From the NCBI GenBank assembly GCA_041736805.1, contig JBGSSW010000011.1, positions 18,395 to 82,394 of the forward strand: 64,000 nucleotides of DNA. Reading direction: 5' to 3'. The position numbers and the translations under genes are program-made. Source of the stretch: Minisyncoccia bacterium (GTDB lineage Bacteria; Patescibacteriota; Minisyncoccia; Phycocordibacterales; UBA918). Shown piece by piece: positions 1 through 10,300 of the stretch. Every line of letters starts with the position of its first letter. The stretch's first letter is position 1. The notes under the pieces are model-generated. The model searched no databases. It was not told the DNA's origin and saw only the letters and a program-made list of their open reading frames with translations.

Positions 1-237
1 GTTGCCGATCCTCAAGCATACAAACCAATGATGCGGGACCTTTCGGTATTAAGTGGAGCGGCACTTGATAAGGTGTTCTTGGAAGACATGGTGATGCACC
101 ACAAGGGAGCGGTTATGATGGCAGAAAGTGTGCAACCGTATATTGAACATAAAGAGATTACTGATTTATCTAAAACAATAGTTGAAACACAGACTGAGGA
201 AATTCGACTGATGACACAGTTGCTCGGGGGGCTGTAA
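1..237 (+). CDS. DUF305-family (ferritin-like) protein, 5'-truncated by window edge
   Basis: Frame is open from position 1. FLEDMVMHHKGAVMMA...IVETQTEEIRLM matches the DUF305 helix-pair pattern. Confidence 0.8.
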   Translation, partial: VADPQAYKPMMRDLSVLSGAALDKVFLEDMVMHHKGAVMMAESVQPYIEHKEITDLSKTIVETQTEEIRLMTQLLGGL

Positions 238-408
238 CCGGTGTTACCAGCCTGCCCCAGGCTGTACAGCTTCCTCGTACGCACCACTACTCATGAACCT
301 GGCCTTCTCCGGCGCGGGATGGGTTTTGTGCGTGCAGGTACTGCGAAGCGGTGCTACACTATTTAGGTACCATTTACCATTTACCAGTTACCATTAACGA
401 TTACGCCT

Positions 409-1464
409 ATGAGCCCGCTTGGACAACGTATTGCCCCAATTCTTCTACTCCTGTTTCTCTCACCGTTTCTCACCGAGGTCTTTACCGGCAGTAGCCCGGT
501 ATACGCATTTTTTATGCCGGTAACGTTTATTCTCTTTACCACGGCGGGCTATGGTTTTCCGGTACTCATCCTGCGCGAATTGTACATTAGAAAAAAGTTG
601 AGCCTGCTCGCCCTTTTTATTCTCGGTCTGGCCTACGGTCTTTGGAATGAGGGGCTATTTGCGCAAACTATTTTCTACCCCCTCCACTCCCCCATTGATA
701 GCTTCGGGGCCTACGGAGTATACGGCGATATTCGTATCCCCTTCATGTTAGCCATTAGTTCGTGGCATGCACTCTTTGCGGTTGTCTTCCCGGTTTTGTT
801 TGTTAATTATTTATTTAAAGAACAAGCGAGCAAATCGTGGATTTCTAAAAAATTGGCCTGGGCACTGGGAGGACTATCGTTCGCGTTTGGTACGCTCGGT
901 TTCTTTATCAATACCCACCAAGCGGAATTTGGTGACACAACGCGAGAACTAACCGGCAACCCCTCTCATTATGTCTTCCTGGTCATCGCCGCTATTGTTT
1001 TAACTATTATTGCCCTAAAACTCCCGCGCTCCATGGACACAGGGAAGGTACTACTGATCTCAGCCAAAAAACTGCTGCTGCAGGGTATGGGGCTATACCT
1101 GGCAGTATTTTTCCTCCCCTCTCTACTAGCGAGCGCTGGGCTTCCGGCACCACTATTTATAGGCTACTTTGTGCTGGTTTTTATCGCGGGGGCGTATCGT
1201 TACTACCGTACACCATCACTCACTCCGGAAGGTACCGTACTCGTCGCTCTCGGTGGAGAAATAGGGGTTGCTCTGCTTGGTATTTTTGTGGCCGCCATCA
1301 CCGGTCAGTTTATGCAGGCGGGATTTGTAGTATTGTGTCTGCTGTTCTGTTTTTGGGCGGCGTATCGCGTCTCACACAGACTACCAAAGGAAAAGATGCC
1401 GATTCCACTACCTAGAGAGGATAGGGATACATCACGCATACAGCCGTCACAAGTGGACAGTTAA
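409..1464 (+). CDS. Multi-pass membrane protein of unknown function
   Basis: 351 aa ORF with about 9-10 hydrophobic segments. Confidence 0.8.
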   Translation: MSPLGQRIAPILLLLFLSPFLTEVFTGSSPVYAFFMPVTFILFTTAGYGFPVLILRELYIRKKLSLLALFILGLAYGLWNEGLFAQTIFYPLHSPIDSFGAYGVYGDIRIPFMLAISSWHALFAVVFPVLFVNYLFKEQASKSWISKKLAWALGGLSFAFGTLGFFINTHQAEFGDTTRELTGNPSHYVFLVIAAIVLTIIALKLPRSMDTGKVLLISAKKLLLQGMGLYLAVFFLPSLLASAGLPAPLFIGYFVLVFIAGAYRYYRTPSLTPEGTVLVALGGEIGVALLGIFVAAITGQFMQAGFVVLCLLFCFWAAYRVSHRLPKEKMPIPLPREDRDTSRIQPSQVDS

Positions 1465-1520
1465 CAGATTGGCAATTTACCGCTATACTGGTGGCGCTCT
1501 CAAGGACTAGGGAGAACCAG

Positions 1521-1607
1521 GGAGGATTGGATGAGAGGTTGATATCAGCGGTTTACTAAACCGCCAGACTTTAATCGGTCTCGTGGGTTCGAATCCCACA
1601 TCCTCCG
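1521..1607 (+). tRNA. tRNA-Ser with anticodon ACT (type II, long variable arm)
   Basis: Acceptor stem GGAGGAT/ATCCTCC, G73, anticodon arm GCGGT-TTACTAA-ACCGC (ACT at 1555-1557), variable arm AGAC..GTCT, T-arm GTGGG-TTCGAAT-CCCAC. Confidence 0.92.
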
Positions 1608-1680
1608 CATTGACAACCTGTTAGTTGTGTGTTCCCACATGCTCGATGCCGAGCTGTGACCCACAAAGCTAGCGCGTTGC

Positions 1681-1709
1681 AAAAAGAGCGGCCTCGTGCC
1701 GCTTTTTTT
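1681..1709. terminator. Bidirectional intrinsic terminator
   Basis: AAAAAGAGCGGC-CTCGT-GCCGCTTTTTTT between convergent units. Confidence 0.75.
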
Positions 1710-1710
1710 G

Positions 1711-2280
1711 CTATTTGTTCACAAACTTTGCGACTATGCGACCGTGTATTTCGTGCATCTGATCTTCGCTGAATAGCTGATCGTATCTCCAAATCTTTCC
1801 TCCAAGAGAAAAAGCTTTTAGATACGCTTCGCAATAGATCCTTGGATTAATGACCAGAATGTCATCCCGTCTCTCCCATCCAAGTGTCGATTGGTAGTCG
1901 TACTCAATCCTGTGACCCATAGATCCGAGCCACTGGTGAGCGAGAATGTTCCGCCAATTATGAATATCCTCTGCGATTAAGGAGAATTTCAGATCGTCTG
2001 TATCTCCATCAACGAATGTTTCCAAGAATTGCTTGTAGTCCTTGAACATAGAATCAGGCTTGCCGTTAGCGAAGAACACCTCGCCTATGGTGAGTGCGGC
2101 TGCGTGTACGCCAAGAAACATCAGGGATGTTTGGTAGTGAGCGGGGGTGATCCCGATCTCGTTGTTGAAGTAATTTGCAATTGAGTTGAGTAACGTTTCA
2201 ATTGCTTCGACAGGATGACTCTTGAGTCGCTCTAGTCGATGTTCTTGTGACTCCGAATTGTGCGTGCGGTTTTTTCCCAT
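1711..2280 (-). CDS. Hypothetical protein with HEPN-like Rx4H motif (RNILAH)
   Basis: 189 aa helical ORF tightly coupled to the upstream gene. WRNILAHQ at 1936-1953. Confidence 0.65.
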   Translation of the reverse strand: MGKNRTHNSESQEHRLERLKSHPVEAIETLLNSIANYFNNEIGITPAHYQTSLMFLGVHAAALTIGEVFFANGKPDSMFKDYKQFLETFVDGDTDDLKFSLIAEDIHNWRNILAHQWLGSMGHRIEYDYQSTLGWERRDDILVINPRIYCEAYLKAFSLGGKIWRYDQLFSEDQMHEIHGRIVAKFVNK

Positions 2281-2284
2281 ATTT

Positions 2285-3127
2285 TTAAATTATTCTGTTA
2301 TCAATTTCGTGGAAGAGGTTGTTGATCATGATAAGCCGACCTAGTGCGTCGTGATGTGGAAGCTGATTTTCGTCGCCGTGGCTAAGATTATTCCTCCACC
2401 AATGCATGATGCCCATCACCGTCAACTTAAAGCCAAGCTGTTTGTTGACCTCCTGCGGTGTGGAAAGAGTGTTGAATTTTATCTTCGGATTTTGCTCGTT
2501 GAAAACGGTAGCCATCAGATCCGGACCTTGTTTATCATGAGTGCTTGTCAGATCTTGGACAGTTTTTTCAAATCGCTCAAGCGCTTTTCGTACGGACTCG
2601 TTGATATGTCCTTCAATGAACATCTTTTTGCAGTCAGGTAGCAATGATGGGTGAAGAGTATATGCATCCAGAATCTTCTGGATGGCGATTGGTGGCGGCA
2701 CCGTTCTCGGACGTTCCTTCGGAAGATTCATTGCCAATATTTCTTTCTCTAGGTCTATATTGAGAACCTTCAGTTTCAGATAAAGCTCAAGGGCTTCAGC
2801 TTCCAATACAGGCTCACCTTTCTCGTGACGCTTCTCTATAGCCTTGGGAAGTATCTCGCGCACGAGAATCTTTATTGTCCGAGGCTTATGGCAGTACAGA
2901 TTGCGAAGAAATTCGTAGAAGGCATCTTTTTTGTTTGAGGTCTTGGTTGAGAGATATTTACCGAGACCTCGTTCTTTGGCTATTGTGGTCAATGAAAACG
3001 AGCTGCGAAATCCTGAAAGCGAGATCAGTTTACCGAGCTGTTCCGCAAGCGCACGGATTGCCTGCGCTTGTGGCGCTGTGACTATCACTCTTTTCTTTGC
3101 AACCTTTTTCTTGATTTTCTTTTTCAT
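2285..3127 (-). CDS. TIGR02391/Ymh-like protein (HEPN-related, RNNLSH)
   Basis: C-terminal LHPSLLPDCKKMF..GH.NESVRKA...G.DLM..VF...GF..G....RNNLSH pattern typical of TIGR02391. Confidence 0.8.
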   Translation of the reverse strand: MKKKIKKKVAKKRVIVTAPQAQAIRALAEQLGKLISLSGFRSSFSLTTIAKERGLGKYLSTKTSNKKDAFYEFLRNLYCHKPRTIKILVREILPKAIEKRHEKGEPVLEAEALELYLKLKVLNIDLEKEILAMNLPKERPRTVPPPIAIQKILDAYTLHPSLLPDCKKMFIEGHINESVRKALERFEKTVQDLTSTHDKQGPDLMATVFNEQNPKIKFNTLSTPQEVNKQLGFKLTVMGIMHWWRNNLSHGDENQLPHHDALGRLIMINNLFHEIDNRII

Positions 3128-3130
3128 AGA

Positions 3131-3661
3131 TTATTTGGTCGTATGCACATGGAATCCGCACGCCCGGCAGAGACCATTCATATTCGTGTTACCGTTGATA
3201 TGAAATTCAAAGTTTTCCTTACCACAAACAGGGCAAACCACACGACCGCCAGTGAGTTTCGTAGCATTAATCGTGTCCAGAACATCCCGCACGTCTCGTA
3301 CGTATTTGTTCACCTGCTCTCGATCATTTAAATAACCCTGCACCCACAGATTCGTTGTGATCCGCCCCGCTGACGTTTCCTTGTAGTGGATTTTCCCTTC
3401 GTTCAAAAGCTTCTCCCAGTACTGACGCGTCTTCCCGTACTCTCTGGCGACATCACCAGAGGACATGAGTGTCGCATTGTATGGAATGTAACCTTGAGCT
3501 TCCATATTTTCGACACAAGCACGAATACCTTCCGCAAGTGCGCTTTCTTTTTCTTCTTTGGAAAACTCACCAGTCAGATCAAGACCGAGGCTTAAAGTGC
3601 CGCCACTACTTGTATTGGCGTGCCAATAGAATTTTCGCTTGTCGTCCTTGGGTGCAGACAT
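3131..3661 (-). CDS. Excisionase-like HTH protein with C-terminal Zn ribbon
   Basis: LMSSGDVAREYGKTRQYWEKLLNEGKI resembles HTH_17. CPVC...CRAC at the C-terminus. Lies directly downstream of the recombinase. Confidence 0.7.
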   Translation of the reverse strand: MSAPKDDKRKFYWHANTSSGGTLSLGLDLTGEFSKEEKESALAEGIRACVENMEAQGYIPYNATLMSSGDVAREYGKTRQYWEKLLNEGKIHYKETSAGRITTNLWVQGYLNDREQVNKYVRDVRDVLDTINATKLTGGRVVCPVCGKENFEFHINGNTNMNGLCRACGFHVHTTK

Positions 3662-3704
3662 GCCACAAGTATATTCTCATTGGTTTCTAAATGCAACCAA
3701 TATC

Positions 3705-5036
3705 CTATTCCTCCAGCAAGGTAATCTGCTTGTCGTTCAGCACTAGTCTTGATCGTAAGTGTCCCATCAGTTCACGCTTCTCCAGTGGAGTACCCTCGCG
3801 GAGTACGTACTTCGCGTACTCTCTGGTTGCAATATCATCCTCGTCAATCTGCATCTTCGGCTTGCCTTTGGTCGCCAATCGTTGCAGTCGGTTGAATCGT
3901 TTAATTTCTTCTTCAAGTTTCATCCGCATACCAAGTTCGTTGATACTCACTTTGTCGATGACCTTGAAGAGTTCCTCCACCAGTTCTTCCTCACGGATGT
4001 ACTTGTTCTTGCAGTTTCTGTCTTTTGATTTTGAGCAAGAGTAGTAGATGTATTTGGCGTTCGTGCCGTCTTTTAGTTCTTTGTATTTTTCTTGCGCTGT
4101 TATCCCTGATCCGCACATACCGCAGGTGAAGAGTTTAGTGAAGGCGAACTCTCGGTTCCCTCGCACAATCTTATCTCGCTTCAGTTGCTCATTTACTTTC
4201 TTGAACAATTCTTCAGTGATAATAGGTTCATGTGCTCCTTGGTACCAGTTGCCACTGTTCTTTGGATATTCAAATGGTCCGTAGTAGATCGGCATTTGGA
4301 GCATGCGGTATACGCCACTTAAGGTGAGTGGTCGGTTTCCTCGCGTATGGAAGTTGAGATCAAAGCGGAGCCAGTTATATACCTTGCGCCCACTCCAGTG
4401 TTCATATGCCACCTTCTCAAACATTTGCTTTACGACCGGTGCACGCTCTGGATCTATGACGATCCGACACTTCCTGTCCATCAGCTTTTGATTGAGGTAC
4501 CCGAGTGGTGCCATGCCCGGCCATAGTCCCATCTCAACTCTTGTTCGTAGTCCTCGCTTCACGTTGATACCTCGGTTGTCGTTCTCAAGCTTTGCTTGTG
4601 ATCCGAGGATCATTAGGAGGAACTTCTCGTTGGGGTTGTTCCTAAAGCTCTGTCCAAAGGTACGTATCTCATGGAGCTTTCCCGCGTCCATCAAGTCCAC
4701 AATCTTTCCGAGGTCGCCTGCGTTTCTTGATATACGGTCTGGTGCCCAGGTGAGGATGCCGTTAAACTTGTTGTCTCTTAGTTCATCTATGATCTCGTTG
4801 AAGACCGGTCGTTGCCCAGTCTCCTTGGCTGAGTGTGATTCTCGCTTCATGGTCACGATCTCCAGACCCTCTCGTTCGGCGAGTTGGAGCATCTCACTGA
4901 TTTGTGAGTCGATGGACAGCACTTGCCGTTCCTCAGATTCACTACTTTTTCTTGCGTAGAGGCAGTATTTCACCCTTACAGGGATTGCTTCTGGTTTGAC
5001 CACCATTCCATGTGGCGCTTGTATTGTGTTATTCAT
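3705..5036 (-). CDS. Large serine recombinase (resolvase + recombinase + Zn ribbon)
   Basis: YARKSS catalytic motif, DRISRN, APLGY, HEPII, CGMCG...YYSC. Start placed at ATG 5036. Confidence 0.95.
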   Translation of the reverse strand: MNNTIQAPHGMVVKPEAIPVRVKYCLYARKSSESEERQVLSIDSQISEMLQLAEREGLEIVTMKRESHSAKETGQRPVFNEIIDELRDNKFNGILTWAPDRISRNAGDLGKIVDLMDAGKLHEIRTFGQSFRNNPNEKFLLMILGSQAKLENDNRGINVKRGLRTRVEMGLWPGMAPLGYLNQKLMDRKCRIVIDPERAPVVKQMFEKVAYEHWSGRKVYNWLRFDLNFHTRGNRPLTLSGVYRMLQMPIYYGPFEYPKNSGNWYQGAHEPIITEELFKKVNEQLKRDKIVRGNREFAFTKLFTCGMCGSGITAQEKYKELKDGTNAKYIYYSCSKSKDRNCKNKYIREEELVEELFKVIDKVSINELGMRMKLEEEIKRFNRLQRLATKGKPKMQIDEDDIATREYAKYVLREGTPLEKRELMGHLRSRLVLNDKQITLLEE

Positions 5037-5216
5037 ACAGCTACATTGATGACGCAAACCGCCCTAGGAGTCCAGAGCGTCCCGAGTGGGTAAGAGTTGG
5101 TAACCTTAGCCCATTAGGATTCTGATGTGTGCATATTTCTCTTTCGAATAAATGCACGGTGCGTCACAAATTCACGGTTTATATAAATACCAATACTGAT
5201 ACAATGTTTATTACAA

Positions 5217-7331
5217 ATGAGCCCACTAAAACAACTTTTTAACAACACTAGTAAATACAGAAATGCTATTACTAGATATAAGTATTTTCTCTCCGCACTG
5301 CTGATAGCTTTATTCTTTCTATCACTATGGATGACTGCTCAAGATGCTGATAAAAGATATAATTCACTTCTTTCGGTGACCATTTATGATCGAAATAACA
5401 CACCTCTTAGTATCAAAGAAAATGACAAAGGTCATTATGTGAGTTCTTTACAAACATTACCTGACGATTTTGCTCATCTCCTTATAGAAAAAGAAGACAA
5501 GTACTTTTACTACCATTTTGGAATCAATCCGTTCAGTACAGCAAGAGCTATGTACTACTATGTCATGGAAAGCAAGGCAGGTGGCGCGAGCACCATTACC
5601 CAACAACTTTCAAAAAATCTATTGGGCACTGAACTTAACAGGAATGTATTTAACAAATTACTTGAGGTTTTTTATAGCATTAGTATAGAGCTTTTTAATT
5701 CAAAGGAGGAAGTCTTAGTGATGTATGCGAACACGGTCTATTTGGGTAATCAAGTGCAAGGATTTCAAACTGGTAGTTATGCTTATTTTGACAAGCCGCT
5801 TATCGAAACTACGCATAATGAACGTATTTCACTTCTCGCAACGCTTTCATATCCAAACGCACGCAATCCATGGGAAGAAAAAAATAAAGACTTTGCAGAA
5901 AGTTTAAGTAAAAGAATTTCTCCGAATGAGATTTTTATTGAACCAGAAGCAACTGCTCGCTATTCATTTCAAAGTGAAACATTTTTTGAGCTAAAGTCCG
6001 CTGGAGTTACGTGTGAAGATACCTGTTATACTAGTGTTGATGACACACTCACAAAAAATATTCGAGGGATTCTCAAACGACATATTTCTGCTGAATGGGA
6101 GCGTGGAGCGAGAAACGGCGCAGTAGTCGTTATTAATCCACAGACCTCTGAAGTGCTTGCACTCGTGGGTAGCAAAAATCCAAAGAATGCAACTGGGGGA
6201 GATCAGATCAATATGGCTTTACAACCACGTCCAATTGGTTCAACAGTCAAACCTTTTATTTATCTTAAAGGATTTATTGACGGATTGCGTCCATATACAC
6301 TTGTAGACGACCGTGAATACAAGTACTCAATTGCAACAGGATTCCCTTTGTATCCCAAAAACTATGATGGACAATATCGTGGTGAAGTTACACTACACGA
6401 ATCATTAAGTAATAGCTTAAACGTACCCTCAGTGAAGGTTCTTGAGTATATTGGACTTCATAACTTCTACGCTTTTTTAAGTGAAAAACTCAAGTTTCAA
6501 CCGATACAAAGTTATGACAGCTACCAGTATGGCATCGCACTTGGTGGATTGGAAATGGATTTATTAACTCTTACACATTACTTCACAATATTTCCCCGCA
6601 TGGGTACTATAGAGCCGATACGTATTCTCAAGAATAACCCCGAAAACTACTCACTACCGCGACAGTCTGAAATACAAACAAAACAAACCGTATCAGACAA
6701 AAAATATACGCAACTAGTCCACGCGATAATCAGCGACCGTCTTTCTGGGGTAGATCAATTTGGTCTTGAGAGTACCCTCAATATTGATGCTAGTGATTAT
6801 GGATTAAAAACAGGCACATCAAGAGATTTCCACGATAGTTGGGTTGTGGGCTACACAGGAGATTTTGTTGTTGGGGTATGGATTGGGAACACTGAGAATG
6901 AACCTCTGAAACAAGTTACTGGCCAGTCGGGAGCTGGAGCAGTGTGGCACGATGTTATGGGTGTATTGCTCGAAACCACTTACAATAATAAGACTGCTAT
7001 ACCGAGAGACTTAGTGACACAGTTTCCAATTAAAAACTCAAATGAGTGGGGACTAATGGATGACAAAATTGATGATCATCGAATGCTTTTGTTAAGCGAT
7101 AATCTTATTCAAAGCCCATACAGCAATGACTCTTTCGAATTTTTTCAAGGTATAACCATACCTCTTAAAGGAGCGAAAGATTTGGAATGGTCAGTAAATG
7201 GGAAAGTGGTCGGTTTCGGTAAAGATATAGTGTTTCATCCTGATAGTAGTGCAACTTACGAAATCATAGCATTAGATAAAGAATCGAATCGCCGTGAAAT
7301 CATTCAAATATCTGTTATTAATCCTCAGTAA
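5217..7331 (+). CDS. pbpC: Penicillin-binding protein 1C (transglycosylase/transpeptidase)
   Basis: EDKYFYYHFG and GASTITQQL transglycosylase motifs; STVK, SLN and KTG transpeptidase motifs; N-terminal TM; adjacent to an A2M gene. Confidence 0.9.
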   Translation: MSPLKQLFNNTSKYRNAITRYKYFLSALLIALFFLSLWMTAQDADKRYNSLLSVTIYDRNNTPLSIKENDKGHYVSSLQTLPDDFAHLLIEKEDKYFYYHFGINPFSTARAMYYYVMESKAGGASTITQQLSKNLLGTELNRNVFNKLLEVFYSISIELFNSKEEVLVMYANTVYLGNQVQGFQTGSYAYFDKPLIETTHNERISLLATLSYPNARNPWEEKNKDFAESLSKRISPNEIFIEPEATARYSFQSETFFELKSAGVTCEDTCYTSVDDTLTKNIRGILKRHISAEWERGARNGAVVVINPQTSEVLALVGSKNPKNATGGDQINMALQPRPIGSTVKPFIYLKGFIDGLRPYTLVDDREYKYSIATGFPLYPKNYDGQYRGEVTLHESLSNSLNVPSVKVLEYIGLHNFYAFLSEKLKFQPIQSYDSYQYGIALGGLEMDLLTLTHYFTIFPRMGTIEPIRILKNNPENYSLPRQSEIQTKQTVSDKKYTQLVHAIISDRLSGVDQFGLESTLNIDASDYGLKTGTSRDFHDSWVVGYTGDFVVGVWIGNTENEPLKQVTGQSGAGAVWHDVMGVLLETTYNNKTAIPRDLVTQFPIKNSNEWGLMDDKIDDHRMLLLSDNLIQSPYSNDSFEFFQGITIPLKGAKDLEWSVNGKVVGFGKDIVFHPDSSATYEIIALDKESNRREIIQISVINPQ

Positions 7332-10300
7332 CAGTAACGATGCCCCCCGAAGTTCTACCAAAGACCTCTGGGAAGTAAAGCTCTTCTGCACGAGCTGGAA
7401 GATGCTGGAAAGTACCTGGAATAAGTGCACGTAAGTAATACTCATACTCATATACACCTGGTTCCAGTCTTTCGACATAGAGAAACACTCTATCATCATG
7501 AGACTCAACGTGCGTTGGGTATAGTTTGCGATTTTCTTTTGAGTAAACGCCTCCAGAACTAAATGATCCGTATACCTGTGCTACTTGGGAATCGCTAAAT
7601 ATATTCTTTACTGAACCAAAAACACTCGCCGTAAAGTTTGAATTACCAGCGGACCATTCGTCATATACATCTTCTTGCTTATTCAATGACTGATCCTCAG
7701 TGCTCAAGTTAAAATTAACAATCTCAAACCCTGCTGGGATGAAGTCTTCGACCGCAACATTTTGATATTCGTCTGGAATAGTAATGGTCAATTTTCCACG
7801 GACGACATCTCCGACAGATACAGTTTGTAAACTTTCTGAATCACGCTCGTCACTAAGAGCATATAAATCTCTTGTTATAGTGATACCTTCGTCTCTTGGG
7901 GGGAGAGAATCAACAGGAAGGTAATACTTGAGCGACATGTCATAATACAAATTGTTCTCTCGACCATTCTTGTCTTCTTTTTCAAAAGCTAACGGTAGTA
8001 ACTTTTCTTTCGGTAATGCATCAATTGAAACAAAATGAGTAAACGTCTCGAAAACGGTCTTTGGATTAAATTCAAAACCAAATATCTCGACTCCATCTAG
8101 CAATCCTCGTAGGGTGAAGTGTGATTCAGTCTCGTGTTGCCATTTAAGATAATCAACCATGGCGCTCACTACTGTAAATGTATTGTGCGTACTGCCCCAA
8201 ACACCCTGATGATCACGGCTAGCGAGTAGCCACCTAAGCATATTTGGTAGAGTCTCATGTTCGTCTTCGTGAGCTGCAAATACTGCCACAGCAAGTGCTG
8301 TATTTTTAATAGGTGTCTCATAAAAGTCTCTATTTGAATGTTCGGTACTTGCGAGGTATGCTCCACGACCATCAATATCGATACGATTTTGGAATGCATC
8401 ATAAACCCTATTACGATCACTTCTACTGTAATCTTTAGATGTCAGGATTGCGAGGTAAGCAAGTGACATACTACTAATTTTCTCATTGAGGAAGGAGTCA
8501 TCTTTGATCAAAGTTATAACAATATCAGTAAGTGAGGTTTTGGTTTCTGGTGAAATCTTTCTGAGAACAGATTCTGCAAGAATCACTGTCTCGTTATTCT
8601 GATCTGGATATTGAGTATATAGTCGCTTTGTTTCAGATTCGATGTATCCAATACCTCGACTTAATACATCTTCACGTATTTCGTATCCAGCCATCTTTAA
8701 GTCATATAAAGCAGATACAACATGGATAGTAAGTGACAAGTTTGCATTCAGTCCTTTGTAGTATGCAAAACCACCACCAAGCGTTTGAGCTTCGTATACT
8801 TGTTTAAGACCATCAGTGACTACATTTTCAACTGTATACGTCACTCCATCGTGCTCGATAGTGTCAAATTCTCCTTCAACATTTGGCAATGTGAGTGCTT
8901 CTGTCAAAATACCAATAGTACTAAGCGAACTTGCCAATTGTTCACTGCAACCGTATGGATACGTAACCATGTACGACAACGCGTCAGTCATGAAGACTGC
9001 CATGGTAGCGTTAGCATTTATAGTGAGACCACCTTCACCATCAACTACTGTATCCGGTACATATAAATATTCTACGGCAGTGTCATCTTTTGTAGCATTT
9101 GCAGTTGCAACTGTTTCATAAGTCTTATTAGGTGTTATTGCAATTGATTGCTCTACACTATCAACAAAGGTATTAGCTTTATCAGAAGCAGTGAATGTAA
9201 ATACATGCTCACCAGCTCGCATTGTCTCTGGCGCTTCAACATCAAAGTAAACTGTTTTAGATTCTCCAGGGTTAATAAAGACAGACTCACTAGCATCACC
9301 CTTGAAGGCAAGTGTTTTACTCTCTAGAGTAACGGAAATCTCTTTACCGTCCGCTGTCTGATTAAATATTTTTGCTCCCAACGAGAAGACGTCCCCCGGT
9401 ACCACAAATCGTGGTTTAAGTGGTACAGCCATTAAATCTTTTTTGGTTGTAAATTCTTGATAATCAACACCCAGCTTAGTGTCTTTAGTAACACCTAGTG
9501 ATTCTATCTGCCACGTCGTCAAATTATCAGGTAGAGTGAAAGTAACACTCGCATCTCCGTTTTGATTAGTCTCTACCGATGCCTCCCAGAAAGCTGTATC
9601 CTTAAATACCCCTCGCTTTTTCTTGGCCAAGTCATCAGGCTCTGCTCCACCACCACCCTTAGTACCAAGAGGGATATCCACCTCGTGGAGAATATTTTTT
9701 ATATTACTTGCAGTGGTCACTGATAGTGGAAATCCGTTATAGAAAAATACGAGAGGATTTTTCTTTGGATTACCTTTTAGAGCAAGTACCGAAAGATCTG
9801 CAACAGCAACGGACACTTCGGCAGGGACACCTTGTCCTTGATGATTTTTAGTTTTAACTGTAAGTTTGACCTCCTCACCGGGTAAGTAGTGTGTTTTATT
9901 CGCAGTCACCTCCACTGAAAGCTCCTTCTCCTGCGTCCCAATATTGTAGTAAACGTTTCCGTATTTGACCTCAGGATCAGATGAAAGCAACAAGACTGAG
10001 ACATATACGTTAGGTGAATACTCACTTTTAATTGGGAACTTGTGGGAGTAAAGTCCTCCTATTACATCAACTATCCAATAGTCATACACTGTTCCGCGCT
10101 CTACTGAAATAAGTGCTTTTGCTTTTGGATATGGAGATTTGATTAAAACTGATGCTTCGTCGCCAACATCTAAATCAGTCTTATCGACTTCGAGATCGAG
10201 CTCATAATTATTATTTGGAGGAACAGTGACAGAGCCTGAACCATATATGTATACATTCGCAACAGTTTTAAGTTTATTGCCTTTATCGTCAGCTCCTGTC

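Noticed and set aside
365-405. Heptamer-like repeats (CATTTAC/CAGTTAC/CATTAAC) upstream of the membrane protein gene
   Set aside because: Short and degenerate. It could be an operator but cannot be distinguished from low-complexity sequence.
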